From NCBI GenBank assembly GCA_013425325.1, contig JACCLL010000085.1:1-39392 (forward strand): a stretch of DNA of 39,392 nucleotides, read 5' to 3'. The DNA is from Candidatus Micrarchaeota archaeon (GTDB lineage Archaea > Micrarchaeota > Micrarchaeia > Norongarragalinales > UBA8480). Numbering within the stretch: position 1 is the stretch's first letter; the number at the start of each line of letters is the position of its first letter. Of the stretch, positions 8,634 to 16,313 are shown in pieces. The translations under genes were made by a program, and so were the position numbers. The notes below the pieces were generated by a model. That model had not been told where the DNA came from and did not search any database. It saw nothing but the letters and a program-made list of their open reading frames with translations.

Positions 8634-9101
8634 TTACCCCATTCTGCGCCGCATCTGCTGTTCCTGCATCTGGCCGGTCATCTGCTGCGCCCTCATCTGC
8701 TTTGCGCTGTACTGCTGCATGAAATTCATTTCGCTTGCGCCCAATGTCTCGCCCTGCGCAACCTTCTGCTCCAAGCGCATGAACTCGTTCTGCTCCAAGT
8801 GAAACCTTCCGGAACCGATTCCGAACACGCCCAGCAACGGCTCTAGACCGAACATTACGAGCATCTGCAGCTGGTTGCCGAATACCACGAACAGGAAGAA
8901 ACACAGCATGAGAATGGTTACGGAGACGGCGTGCACGAAAATAAAGTACGCGGAAACGATTACGGCCATTCCGAAAATGATTTGGCTGTCGCGGAACATC
9001 AAGTACAACTGAAACAAGAGGTAAGAGAAAACGAGTATGCGCACTACGAACCACAAGTCGGCGGTCACTTGAAGCAACGGCAGTGCGGCTAATTCAATCA
9101 A
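8634..9101 (-). CDS. Membrane protein (about 3 TM) with a Gln/Met-rich C-terminal tail
   Basis: Hydrophobic N-terminal half, then QQYSAKQMRAQQMTGQMQEQQMRRRMG. TTG 9101 is preferred over 9125 because the TATA box at 9138-9145 puts the TSS near 9115. Confidence 0.8.
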   Translation of the reverse strand: MIELAALPLLQVTADLWFVVRILVFSYLLFQLYLMFRDSQIIFGMAVIVSAYFIFVHAVSVTILMLCFFLFVVFGNQLQMLVMFGLEPLLGVFGIGSGRFHLEQNEFMRLEQKVAQGETLGASEMNFMQQYSAKQMRAQQMTGQMQEQQMRRRMG

Positions 9102-9137
9102 TCGAATGCACTCTCGCACAAACAAACAGTCACGCGG

Positions 9138-9200
9138 TTAAAAAACGTTTTCAGCGCCTTCCTGCGAAGCAATTAAAAGCCGCGAAAAAGAACTATTTAA
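9138..9200. promoter_or_regulatory. Divergent BRE/TATA promoters for the membrane cluster (-) and the four-gene operon (+)
   Basis: Minus strand: GAAAACG+TTTTTTAA (9138-9152). Plus strand: GAAAAAGAAC+TATTTAA (9184-9200), then a GGAGGA element at 9205-9210 before ATG 9222. Confidence 0.55.
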
Positions 9201-9221
9201 CCGGGGAGGAACGAGAGTAAA

Positions 9222-10445
9222 ATGCCGCTGAAAATGCTTGTCCGAAGACCGGAAACCTTCAGGACGGAAGCAGTCGAAACAAACGTCGCCGTGCACGCGC
9301 TGACGGAAGGAAAAACTCTTTGGGGCAGAAAAGAAAAAAGACTGCAGCAGATAGGCGGCGACCTGGCCGACATGGTGAACGCGCCTTCTCCGGCAGTCGA
9401 GCACTGGCTTCACCACGTGTTCAAGAACTCCGGTTACTTCCAAGACCACCAGGCTAAAAACCTGGCCGGGTACTTGGCTTTCGACAGAAACTTGCTTGGT
9501 AGAGTAGCGCAAGACGGAGTAGTACACCAAGCGATTCTCGAGCAAACGCGCGCCATTCCGGCAAGCAGCAAAGTGTGGGGAAAAGAACCGCGCATAAAAG
9601 TGCCCGCGACAACCGAGGCAATAGTCAAGCTAAAGTCACCCCGCGTCGCAGACGCGTTAATAAAAGCGCTGGAAGCAAGGCAAGACGGCAGGGAATTACT
9701 TGAAGAAATACGCCGCGCGCCAGCCGAGCCAGAGCACTTTCCGGTCCCCGAAGAACCCGGGGAAAAAGAAGGCGGAGCCGAAGAAGAACCCGCAGGAAAA
9801 GGCGGCAAGCCTCCCTACGGCGTAGAAGAAGGCGAAGAACCACGCGGCGCAAAGGAAGAGCCAGAAAAACCAGCGGAAAAACAAGTTTCTTTACGCGACC
9901 TCATTTGGAAGCACGCGCTCGCCCACCACATTCAACAAAAAGACTCTTCAACGCTTCCGGCGCTGGGCAAAGTCAACGCCAGTCTCCAAGAAAAAAGGCT
10001 TACCGAACTGCTCTTGCGCTCACAGATGTTCGTAAACGAAATGTTTCCGGCGTTGAGGCCGCACAACGTGGAAAACCTGTTTAACGCGGCAGTGCACGCG
10101 GAAGACCACGGCGCGTTCATGAAAAAACTCGGCCAAATGATTGAAGCCAGCACCGGCGAAGACGGCGAACAATACGTTGAAGACCACCGGTTTGAAGGAA
10201 AGCTGCACGAAGACCACAAAACCATTTCCATACTCAACGCCCACAAGCTCAAAGACGAGACGGGAAGGGAGTTGACGGAAAAACAGAAGAACGCCCACGC
10301 GTTTCAGCTGCTCGCAAAATATTTTTCGCACGCTCTGCCGGAGGAAAGGGCGGCGTTGCACAATTACTTGCTCGGCGAAGCCACGGACCAAAACAAGGCC
10401 GCGGCACAAGTCCTGCGTAAGAAAATAGTTGTTTCAGAGGAATGA
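9222..10445 (+). CDS. Hypothetical protein with an acidic/Pro linker and a 188-aa C-terminal domain shared with the next gene
   Basis: 407-aa ORF with its own promoter and SD. The C-terminal domain aligns without gaps to that of 10470-12569. Confidence 0.9.
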   Translation: MPLKMLVRRPETFRTEAVETNVAVHALTEGKTLWGRKEKRLQQIGGDLADMVNAPSPAVEHWLHHVFKNSGYFQDHQAKNLAGYLAFDRNLLGRVAQDGVVHQAILEQTRAIPASSKVWGKEPRIKVPATTEAIVKLKSPRVADALIKALEARQDGRELLEEIRRAPAEPEHFPVPEEPGEKEGGAEEEPAGKGGKPPYGVEEGEEPRGAKEEPEKPAEKQVSLRDLIWKHALAHHIQQKDSSTLPALGKVNASLQEKRLTELLLRSQMFVNEMFPALRPHNVENLFNAAVHAEDHGAFMKKLGQMIEASTGEDGEQYVEDHRFEGKLHEDHKTISILNAHKLKDETGRELTEKQKNAHAFQLLAKYFSHALPEERAALHNYLLGEATDQNKAAAQVLRKKIVVSEE

Positions 10446-12566
10446 TTGTCTAGAGGGAGGTAGAAGTGCTTGACATGGTATGAAACGGAGAAAGGAATCT
10501 ACAAGAAAATGACTGGCAGCTCTCCGCTGGCTCCGCGCGACATTAAAACCGCGGTCTTGAACATCGGAACTCAAGTGGCGGGCGTTGCGCTCGCGGGAGC
10601 GCTTTCGGGAGGAATCACTCTTCCAGCGGCAATGGTTGCCGCAAACGGCTTGCGCCGCATAGACGAGTCAACCGTTTCAATGCTGCCCGCGCGCCGAACG
10701 CGCGACATGGTCGACCACGCGCTGGTAGGCAATTTGACTCCCCGCGACGTCGTCTTGAGCAAGCAAACCAGGCAAACGCTCGACCGCGTTTTCGGAAGCC
10801 ACGACGTGTTCCACATCTGGCAGACGCACGGCCCGGCCGCGGCGGACTCCCTCGCCGTAAGACGCAAGTACACCCTCAGAAGCCAGCAGGACCCCACTGT
10901 TCCCGCGTCCGAAAGAACAGTCGGCGAACGAGCGTACTCGGAAGCCGTGAGCGCGCTCGGAATAGTGGCTCTGCACGACTGGGCCCGAAACCGCGTTGTT
11001 CCGCACATGGGCGGCCCCGTAGCAGGAGCGTCGCACTACAAAACCATAAAGGCAATGACGCCGCACCAGCGAACTGAGTTCTGGAGAAACCTCGACACTC
11101 ACTTGACTCCTGAAGAAAAAGAGATTTACCACAACCTGTGGATCACTAAAATGCAGTCCGGCGCGCAGTTCAGCGGAAGCATGAGCAAAATGATCGGCGG
11201 CTTCCTCGCAATCGGAGCCGGCTCGTGGCTGGAAGGCAAGTTCGGAGTAAACGCCCACACTCACCAGATTTCAATGCAGCATAACCTGAACCAGCTCTCG
11301 CAGGCGGCGCAGGACTTCAGAAGCGCGGCGGACGCAATGCAAAACCTGCACATCGACCCCACTTCGCACACGCCGGTTTTGACCGGCGCGGAAGTAAAGC
11401 TGCAGGGAATAGTCGGACGAGTCGACCCTGAGTTGGTTGCCCGCATCGACGCAGGCGCAGGACAACTTGCTTCCCACGCCGCGCTTCAAGCGCCGGCGAA
11501 CATGGGTTTGCTCGTGCAGTCGCTGCACATGCAAGGCGTTCCCGTGGACGTCGCGCTCGGCTACGCTCTGAACAAAGCCGGGCCCGAAGCAGTGGCGAAT
11601 TACTTGAGCCAGGCCGCAAACCACTTGGACGGAATTACGGCAACGCTTTCATCCGGCGGAATAATGACTCCCGCGCAGTTCGCTTCGCTTCCAGCAGCAT
11701 TGGTTCCACTTATTGCAAGCTACTCGCGCAAGCAATTCCCGCAGTGGCCCCGCGCGCCCGAGGGAACCGGGCCGTACGGCGCGCCCTACGGAAAAACGCC
11801 TTACGGAGCAGGACCGTACGGCGCCCCCGAAGGAAAAGGGCCTTACGGCGCCGAACCAAAAGGCGGTGCTTACGGCGTTTCCGAAGAAGAACCGACGGCG
11901 CCGAAAGGCGGAAAGAAAGCGAAGCCGAAAGCACCCAAGCCAAAGACAACAAAAGAACCCTTGGAAGCAGAGGAAGGCGAAGAAACCGAGGCAGCCGGCG
12001 GAAGGGAAGTCACTTTACGCAACTTCCTGTGGGAATTGGTGCGCAACCACCACTTGACGGAAGCCGACACTTCAACGCTTCCCGCGCTGGGCAAAGTCAA
12101 TTCCAGCCAGCAGGAACAACGGCTTGCAGAGTTATTGGACGGCTCGCTGCGCTTCCTCTACACAATCCACCCGTCGATGAGACAGCACTCCATTGAAACG
12201 TTCTTCAACAAAGCCGGTTCCGCGGAAGGCCATGAGCAGTTCATCGCAAACATGAAGGCCGCGATAAACACGAGCGTAGGCGAAGACCCGGAGCAATACC
12301 TTGACCAACACCACTTCAAAGGAGAACTGCACGACCGCCACAAAATAGTCTCGATAGTAAACCTGCACCAACTGCGGGACAACAAGGAAACCCTCTTGCC
12401 CCAAGAACAACGCGACGCCTTCTCTTTCCACTACCTGTCAAAGCTGTTGAACAACGCCCTGCCCGAAGAAAGGACGGCGTTCGTCAACTTCATGCTCGAC
12501 CACGCGCAGGACTCGCACGACGAACTCAAGCGCGCTCTGCGCACGAAACTCAAGATAGCCCCGGCG
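9879..12566 (+). repeat. Duplicated 188-codon domain (9879-10442 and 12003-12566)
   Basis: Ungapped protein alignment, about 42% identity by hand count. Includes a 30/31-nt DNA match (9946-9976 vs 12070-12100) encoding STLPALGKVN. Confidence 0.9.
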
Positions 12567-12569
12567 TAA
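10470..12569 (+). CDS. Hypothetical protein with Gly/Ala-rich hydrophobic helices, PYG repeats and the shared C-terminal domain
   Basis: TTG start with a GGAGGT SD 8 nt upstream. Hydrophobic segments VAGVALAGALSGGITLPAAMVAA and MIGGFLAIGAGSW; six (P/A)YG units; paralogous C-terminus. Confidence 0.9.
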   Translation: MTWYETEKGIYKKMTGSSPLAPRDIKTAVLNIGTQVAGVALAGALSGGITLPAAMVAANGLRRIDESTVSMLPARRTRDMVDHALVGNLTPRDVVLSKQTRQTLDRVFGSHDVFHIWQTHGPAAADSLAVRRKYTLRSQQDPTVPASERTVGERAYSEAVSALGIVALHDWARNRVVPHMGGPVAGASHYKTIKAMTPHQRTEFWRNLDTHLTPEEKEIYHNLWITKMQSGAQFSGSMSKMIGGFLAIGAGSWLEGKFGVNAHTHQISMQHNLNQLSQAAQDFRSAADAMQNLHIDPTSHTPVLTGAEVKLQGIVGRVDPELVARIDAGAGQLASHAALQAPANMGLLVQSLHMQGVPVDVALGYALNKAGPEAVANYLSQAANHLDGITATLSSGGIMTPAQFASLPAALVPLIASYSRKQFPQWPRAPEGTGPYGAPYGKTPYGAGPYGAPEGKGPYGAEPKGGAYGVSEEEPTAPKGGKKAKPKAPKPKTTKEPLEAEEGEETEAAGGREVTLRNFLWELVRNHHLTEADTSTLPALGKVNSSQQEQRLAELLDGSLRFLYTIHPSMRQHSIETFFNKAGSAEGHEQFIANMKAAINTSVGEDPEQYLDQHHFKGELHDRHKIVSIVNLHQLRDNKETLLPQEQRDAFSFHYLSKLLNNALPEERTAFVNFMLDHAQDSHDELKRALRTKLKIAPA
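11769..11879 (+). repeat. Tandem imperfect GPYGA peptide repeat (6 units)
   Basis: GPYGAPYGKTPYGAGPYGAPEGKGPYGAEPKGGAYGV; TACGG recurs six times in the DNA. Confidence 0.85.
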
Positions 12570-12579
12570 GATGGTTTGA

Positions 12580-14331
12580 ATGGCTGAAAGGCTCCGCGTG
12601 AGGCCCCGCGGCCGGCTGCGCCTCGGCGGCGCGCCCGAAGCCCAGCGGGAAGAAAAAGAAGAGCGGAAGCCCCCTGTTTTTGCCCCAAAGCCGTCTTTAG
12701 GCAAGCCAAGCGGACTAAGGCTGCCAGTCGAAAGGCCCCGCCTGCGAATCCCGGTTCCAAAACCCGCTGAAGAAAAGCCCGTTGAAAAACCCGCGGCGAA
12801 ACCGATTGAACCGGCGGCCGAAGAAAAACCGCTGGCGCCAACTCCAGCCCCAAAAAAGCCGGTTGCTCTTTTTCCCGAGTCCAATCACGTGGTCGTAATT
12901 CCAACGCGCAACCGCCCGGGAAGACTGGCGACGCTGCTTGAAAGTATTCTTGAGAACACCAAGAAATTCGGTTACGACAAGCGCATCAAAATAGTGGTGG
13001 TCGACGACTCGGACGCGGCGGAGGCGGCGAGAAACCAGGCAAGGGTAAGCACGCTCGAGAAAAAGTCCGGCGGACGGCTCGAGCTCCACTACTACGACAA
13101 GTCGGACCAACAGCGTTTGGTGAAATCGCTGGAAGAACAACTCGCGTTGTCGGGAATAGACCCCAAGGAATTCATTTACGAGGAAGGAAACCGCAAGGGA
13201 TTCGGCGGAGTGCGCAACATGGCGTCGTTGATTGCGCAAAGACATGCCAAGACCGACAGCATCCTCACTTTCCTGGACGACGACACCATGCTGAAGAACC
13301 TAGTGTTCAAAGGCGGGGAACACAAGCTGGCGTACACAAAGAGCTTCTTCCACGAGCTCGACAAAACTTTTGCCGCTCCCGACGTGAACATGATCGGCGG
13401 CGAAGTGACGGGCGACGGAAGCGGCGGAATGTTCTACCGCGTTTCCGACGGCTTGAGTTACTTGGAAAAGTTTTTCCTCAACGCCCGCGAAAAAAGCCCG
13501 CGTTCTTCCTCGGACGACGCCCAGAGGCAAATGATTGGAACCGTCGCGTTGCCCGGGCTTTCAATGAAAGACGGGCTCAAGAAAATGGGCAGCCTCACGG
13601 CACAACTTCCTTCAGGAAGAGACCGCTTCAGGGTAATCACTACCGACGTCCTCTCCAAGCAATACAAGTTCGACAAGAAAACCGTGCACCGGACGGACTT
13701 GGTTCCCGGCGCGAACGTCAGCCTCCGCGCCAGCGTAGTAAACCAGATTCCCTACTTCCAGTACAAGGGCCTGCGCGGGGAAGACGTGATAATGAGCTGC
13801 GCGGTCAACTCACTTCTCGGAGGAGTGTACATAATCAACAACCCCGTCGCGCACTTCAGGGACCAGGCAAACCGCGACGTCGTCCGCGAGTCAATTGCGG
13901 ACATGACGTGCCACCCAGTAATAGAAGCGCTGAGGGAAGCAGCTGGCGGCAAGGGAAGCTTCGTCGAAGCACTAAAAGCGTATTCTACTGACAAGGCAAA
14001 GCCACACGTCGAAGGCATTCTTTACTCCTACCCCGGCAACCGCATAAGCATCTGGCAGAACAGGCTGCCGATGCTCAAGCAAATAATTCACGGGGAGAAA
14101 AGCGCGTGGTGGCTCAAGCCCGAGCACGCGAACTCAATGAAGAAAATCAATTCATTCCTGCAGCACCTGGAAACACGCCTGCCAACAGCAAGAAGGGAAT
14201 TGCATGACAGCATTTCCGCCGACAAAGTCGCGCAGGCGCTGCGCAAGTACGGCAGAATGCTTGAAACCTGGCGCCAGGTAACCGAAGCGGCCCGGTTGGC
14301 AGAATTGAAGGAACGGAGGCGCGCGGCTTGA
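12580..14331 (+). CDS. Glycosyltransferase family 2 (GT-A fold) with a ~100-aa Arg/Pro/Lys-rich N-terminal extension
   Basis: VVVIPTRNRP, IVVVDDS, GFGGVRN, FLDDD (DxD), GANVS, RGED motifs. Confidence 0.88.
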   Translation: MAERLRVRPRGRLRLGGAPEAQREEKEERKPPVFAPKPSLGKPSGLRLPVERPRLRIPVPKPAEEKPVEKPAAKPIEPAAEEKPLAPTPAPKKPVALFPESNHVVVIPTRNRPGRLATLLESILENTKKFGYDKRIKIVVVDDSDAAEAARNQARVSTLEKKSGGRLELHYYDKSDQQRLVKSLEEQLALSGIDPKEFIYEEGNRKGFGGVRNMASLIAQRHAKTDSILTFLDDDTMLKNLVFKGGEHKLAYTKSFFHELDKTFAAPDVNMIGGEVTGDGSGGMFYRVSDGLSYLEKFFLNAREKSPRSSSDDAQRQMIGTVALPGLSMKDGLKKMGSLTAQLPSGRDRFRVITTDVLSKQYKFDKKTVHRTDLVPGANVSLRASVVNQIPYFQYKGLRGEDVIMSCAVNSLLGGVYIINNPVAHFRDQANRDVVRESIADMTCHPVIEALREAAGGKGSFVEALKAYSTDKAKPHVEGILYSYPGNRISIWQNRLPMLKQIIHGEKSAWWLKPEHANSMKKINSFLQHLETRLPTARRELHDSISADKVAQALRKYGRMLETWRQVTEAARLAELKERRRAA

Positions 14332-15680
14332 AAGAAAAACTTCCGGAACTGAAGATAATCGGCCACTCCACCGGCGCAGTCGGCGAAGTGACGAACGCCT
14401 CCAAAATACTCGGAATAGCGCGCGAACACGGAATCCGCGCTTCGCTTCACGACGTGTACCACGCGCTCGACGTTTCCGAAGAAGAGTTGAACAGCGTATC
14501 CGACTACCACTGGAAAGTCCTCAACAAGGGAGGCGTCGTGAAAAGCGTTCAAGAAATCAAGGACATGGGCCCGAGAGTAAACGCAATGCGCGTAAACGCC
14601 GGAATCAAGTCGCTTGTCGACCCCGACGCGCCCCGCGGCCAGCAAGTCGCCTACTTGATTACAATGCCCTGGCGCCAGATAGGCATCATTGCTTCCGGCG
14701 TAACCAAGGAAATGCCCACAATTTCAAGGTACTACCCGACCAAAGTAGAGAACTCCAACACCTACGCAAAAGCCCTTTCCGCCGCCCACGTGGTAAGCAC
14801 AATCAGCCCAACTGGCTTGTTGAGCGCCGAGCGAATAGGCATTCCAGCTGGAAAAACCATTTTGATCCAACACAGCTACCCCCCTGAAGCCGACGCGTTG
14901 TTCAAGACAAGCGAGGAAGAACGCGAGGAAGGAAAACGCCGGCTCATCCAAGGCGTTGCAGCCGCGATGGGAAAGAAAACCAGCGTTTCCAAGAACGCCG
15001 TCTTGTTCGCGTCAGTCAACCGGCTCGTTCCTGAAAAAAACCAAGTGCAGTTGATTCGCGCGTTCAAGAAAATAGCGGCAGAAAACCCCAACGCGTTTCT
15101 CCTGATTAAAGACGAGGGATGGCGCACGCCCCACGAGCGCGAGGAATTCGAGAAAGTCATCGAGGAAGTGAAGGACGAGCCGTGGTTCCTGTGGGACAAG
15201 ACGCGAACGCCTTTCCCGGACGTGCTGCGCACGCACTACCTGCCGGCGGACGTGATGGTCAACTTGAGCGGAAGCGAAGGCGCGGCCACCAACTTGATTG
15301 AAGCAGCCGCGCTCGGAAGGCCCATTCTCACTCTCGACGCAACAACCCACCCCCATTTATTCAAGGGAGCCGCGTTGTTCGCGAAAAGCACTCCCGAAAG
15401 GAAGATAGGACCGGTTTACTCCGCAGGAGTTGACGAAGAAGACCTGGCGCAAAAGCTGTCGCTGCTGGCGAAAGACGAGGGCCTGCGCAGGGAACTCGGC
15501 GGCAAAGCCAGGCAAGCGGCAGTAAACCGTTTTTCCAGGGAAGCCGTTCGCAGGAAAATAGAGACCGCAATTCAAGCAGCGCGCGCGTTCCACTCGGGAA
15601 ACGCGGAAGAACGGGAAAAGTACAAGCGCATTCTGGAAAAAATGCGGGAAGACGACTTGAAGCTGTTCGGCTTGAAGTAA
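14328..15680 (+). CDS. Glycosyltransferase family 4 (GT-B fold)
   Basis: VNRLVPEKNQVQLIRAF, ADVMV..S.SEGAATNLIEAAALGRPIL (EX7E), LRRELGGKARQAAVNRFS. TTGA overlap with the GT2 stop. Confidence 0.9.
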   Translation: MKEKLPELKIIGHSTGAVGEVTNASKILGIAREHGIRASLHDVYHALDVSEEELNSVSDYHWKVLNKGGVVKSVQEIKDMGPRVNAMRVNAGIKSLVDPDAPRGQQVAYLITMPWRQIGIIASGVTKEMPTISRYYPTKVENSNTYAKALSAAHVVSTISPTGLLSAERIGIPAGKTILIQHSYPPEADALFKTSEEEREEGKRRLIQGVAAAMGKKTSVSKNAVLFASVNRLVPEKNQVQLIRAFKKIAAENPNAFLLIKDEGWRTPHEREEFEKVIEEVKDEPWFLWDKTRTPFPDVLRTHYLPADVMVNLSGSEGAATNLIEAAALGRPILTLDATTHPHLFKGAALFAKSTPERKIGPVYSAGVDEEDLAQKLSLLAKDEGLRRELGGKARQAAVNRFSREAVRRKIETAIQAARAFHSGNAEEREKYKRILEKMREDDLKLFGLK

Positions 15681-15716
15681 AAAAAAGAGGAAGTTGAGCG
15701 GGAAAAAGACCCGCTC
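15679..15716 (-). terminator. Hairpin plus oligo-T terminator between convergent genes
   Basis: 7-bp stem GAGCGGG/CCCGCTC (15696-15702/15710-15716). On the minus strand it is followed by a T8 tract (15679-15686), just after the stop of 15727-16194. Confidence 0.5.
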
Positions 15717-15726
15717 TGTAAAGAAG

Positions 15727-16194
15727 TTAGCGCCGGATTTTCGTCCAGATTTTCTTGAACCACGCGCCGCGCGCTTGTTTCTTGCGGAGCTTGAGTTCCA
15801 GTCCGCGGGTGTACGCCTGCGCGTAGCTGCGGTGAAGCTTTGCTTCTTCCTGATAGTTGGTAATGGCTTTTTCGACCAGCGACTTGGCCGTGCTCGGGTC
15901 CACTAAGTGGGCTTGCGAAATTACGTGGTGCTTCGTTGCCTCGAAGAGCCTCTTTTTCTCGGGAGATTCCTTTATCACGCGAGCCGTCAGGTCCTTCGTC
16001 CAGTTGTGTATAAAGTGGTTTTTGTTGCCGTGAATGAAATTAGCTTTCTTCTCGCTTTCCTCGGCCATTGCCAAGTGCCTTTCAACTGCCTTCTGGGTTC
16101 CCTTGATAGTAACTTTCGTCATGACCAAGGGCTTGTTGAACTTTGCCGGCTCTCTTTTCGCGAGAGCGGCTTCGGCTGGTTTCGCGGGCTCCAT
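15727..16194 (-). CDS. Basic helical hypothetical protein with an amphipathic C-terminus
   Basis: AAGGTGA SD at 16201-16207; ATG 16194 (or TTG 16197); TATA TTTTATAT at 16229-16236; ends ARGAWFKKIWTKIRR. Confidence 0.8.
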   Translation of the reverse strand: MEPAKPAEAALAKREPAKFNKPLVMTKVTIKGTQKAVERHLAMAEESEKKANFIHGNKNHFIHNWTKDLTARVIKESPEKKRLFEATKHHVISQAHLVDPSTAKSLVEKAITNYQEEAKLHRSYAQAYTRGLELKLRKKQARGAWFKKIWTKIRR

Positions 16195-16228
16195 CAAAAA
16201 TCACCTTGCACTACTAGTGTCGCGAACG

Positions 16229-16269
16229 ATATAAAATGGTTTGCTGTCGAGGCAAAAAGGATTTATTAA
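16229..16269. promoter_or_regulatory. Divergent TATA boxes
   Basis: Minus-strand TTTTATAT at 16229-16236. Plus-strand AAAAAGG+ATTTATTAA at 16254-16269, then a GGAGG SD before ATG 16314. Confidence 0.5.
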
Positions 16270-16313
16270 GCTGAAAAACCAACAGTTTTCCAAGTTAATG
16301 CGGAGGCAGCAAA

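Noticed and set aside
8365-9054. 229-aa ORF as listed in the ORF track
   Set aside because: Its 5' part overlaps the 8634-9101 gene in another frame. The real protein starts at ATG 8628 and matches its 87-aa paralogue in length.
6814-9101. Small membrane genes as A-type ATP synthase c/K, Mrp/Eha/Ehb subunits or class III signal (type IV) pilins
   Set aside because: No c-ring GxGxG/Glu signature, no large antiporter or hydrogenase subunit nearby, and no K/R-G-Q-type prepilin cleavage motif was seen.
11769-11879. TACGG repeats as a mini-CRISPR or iteron array
   Set aside because: The repeats are very short, in frame, vary at wobble positions and encode PYG peptides; there are no cas genes.
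9946-12100. 30/31-nt direct repeat (9946-9976 vs 12070-12100) as a DGR template/variable repeat or recombination site
   Set aside because: The single mismatch is a G/C wobble rather than adenine-specific, there is no reverse transcriptase or integrase in the window, and the match is explained by the conserved STLPALGKVN peptide.
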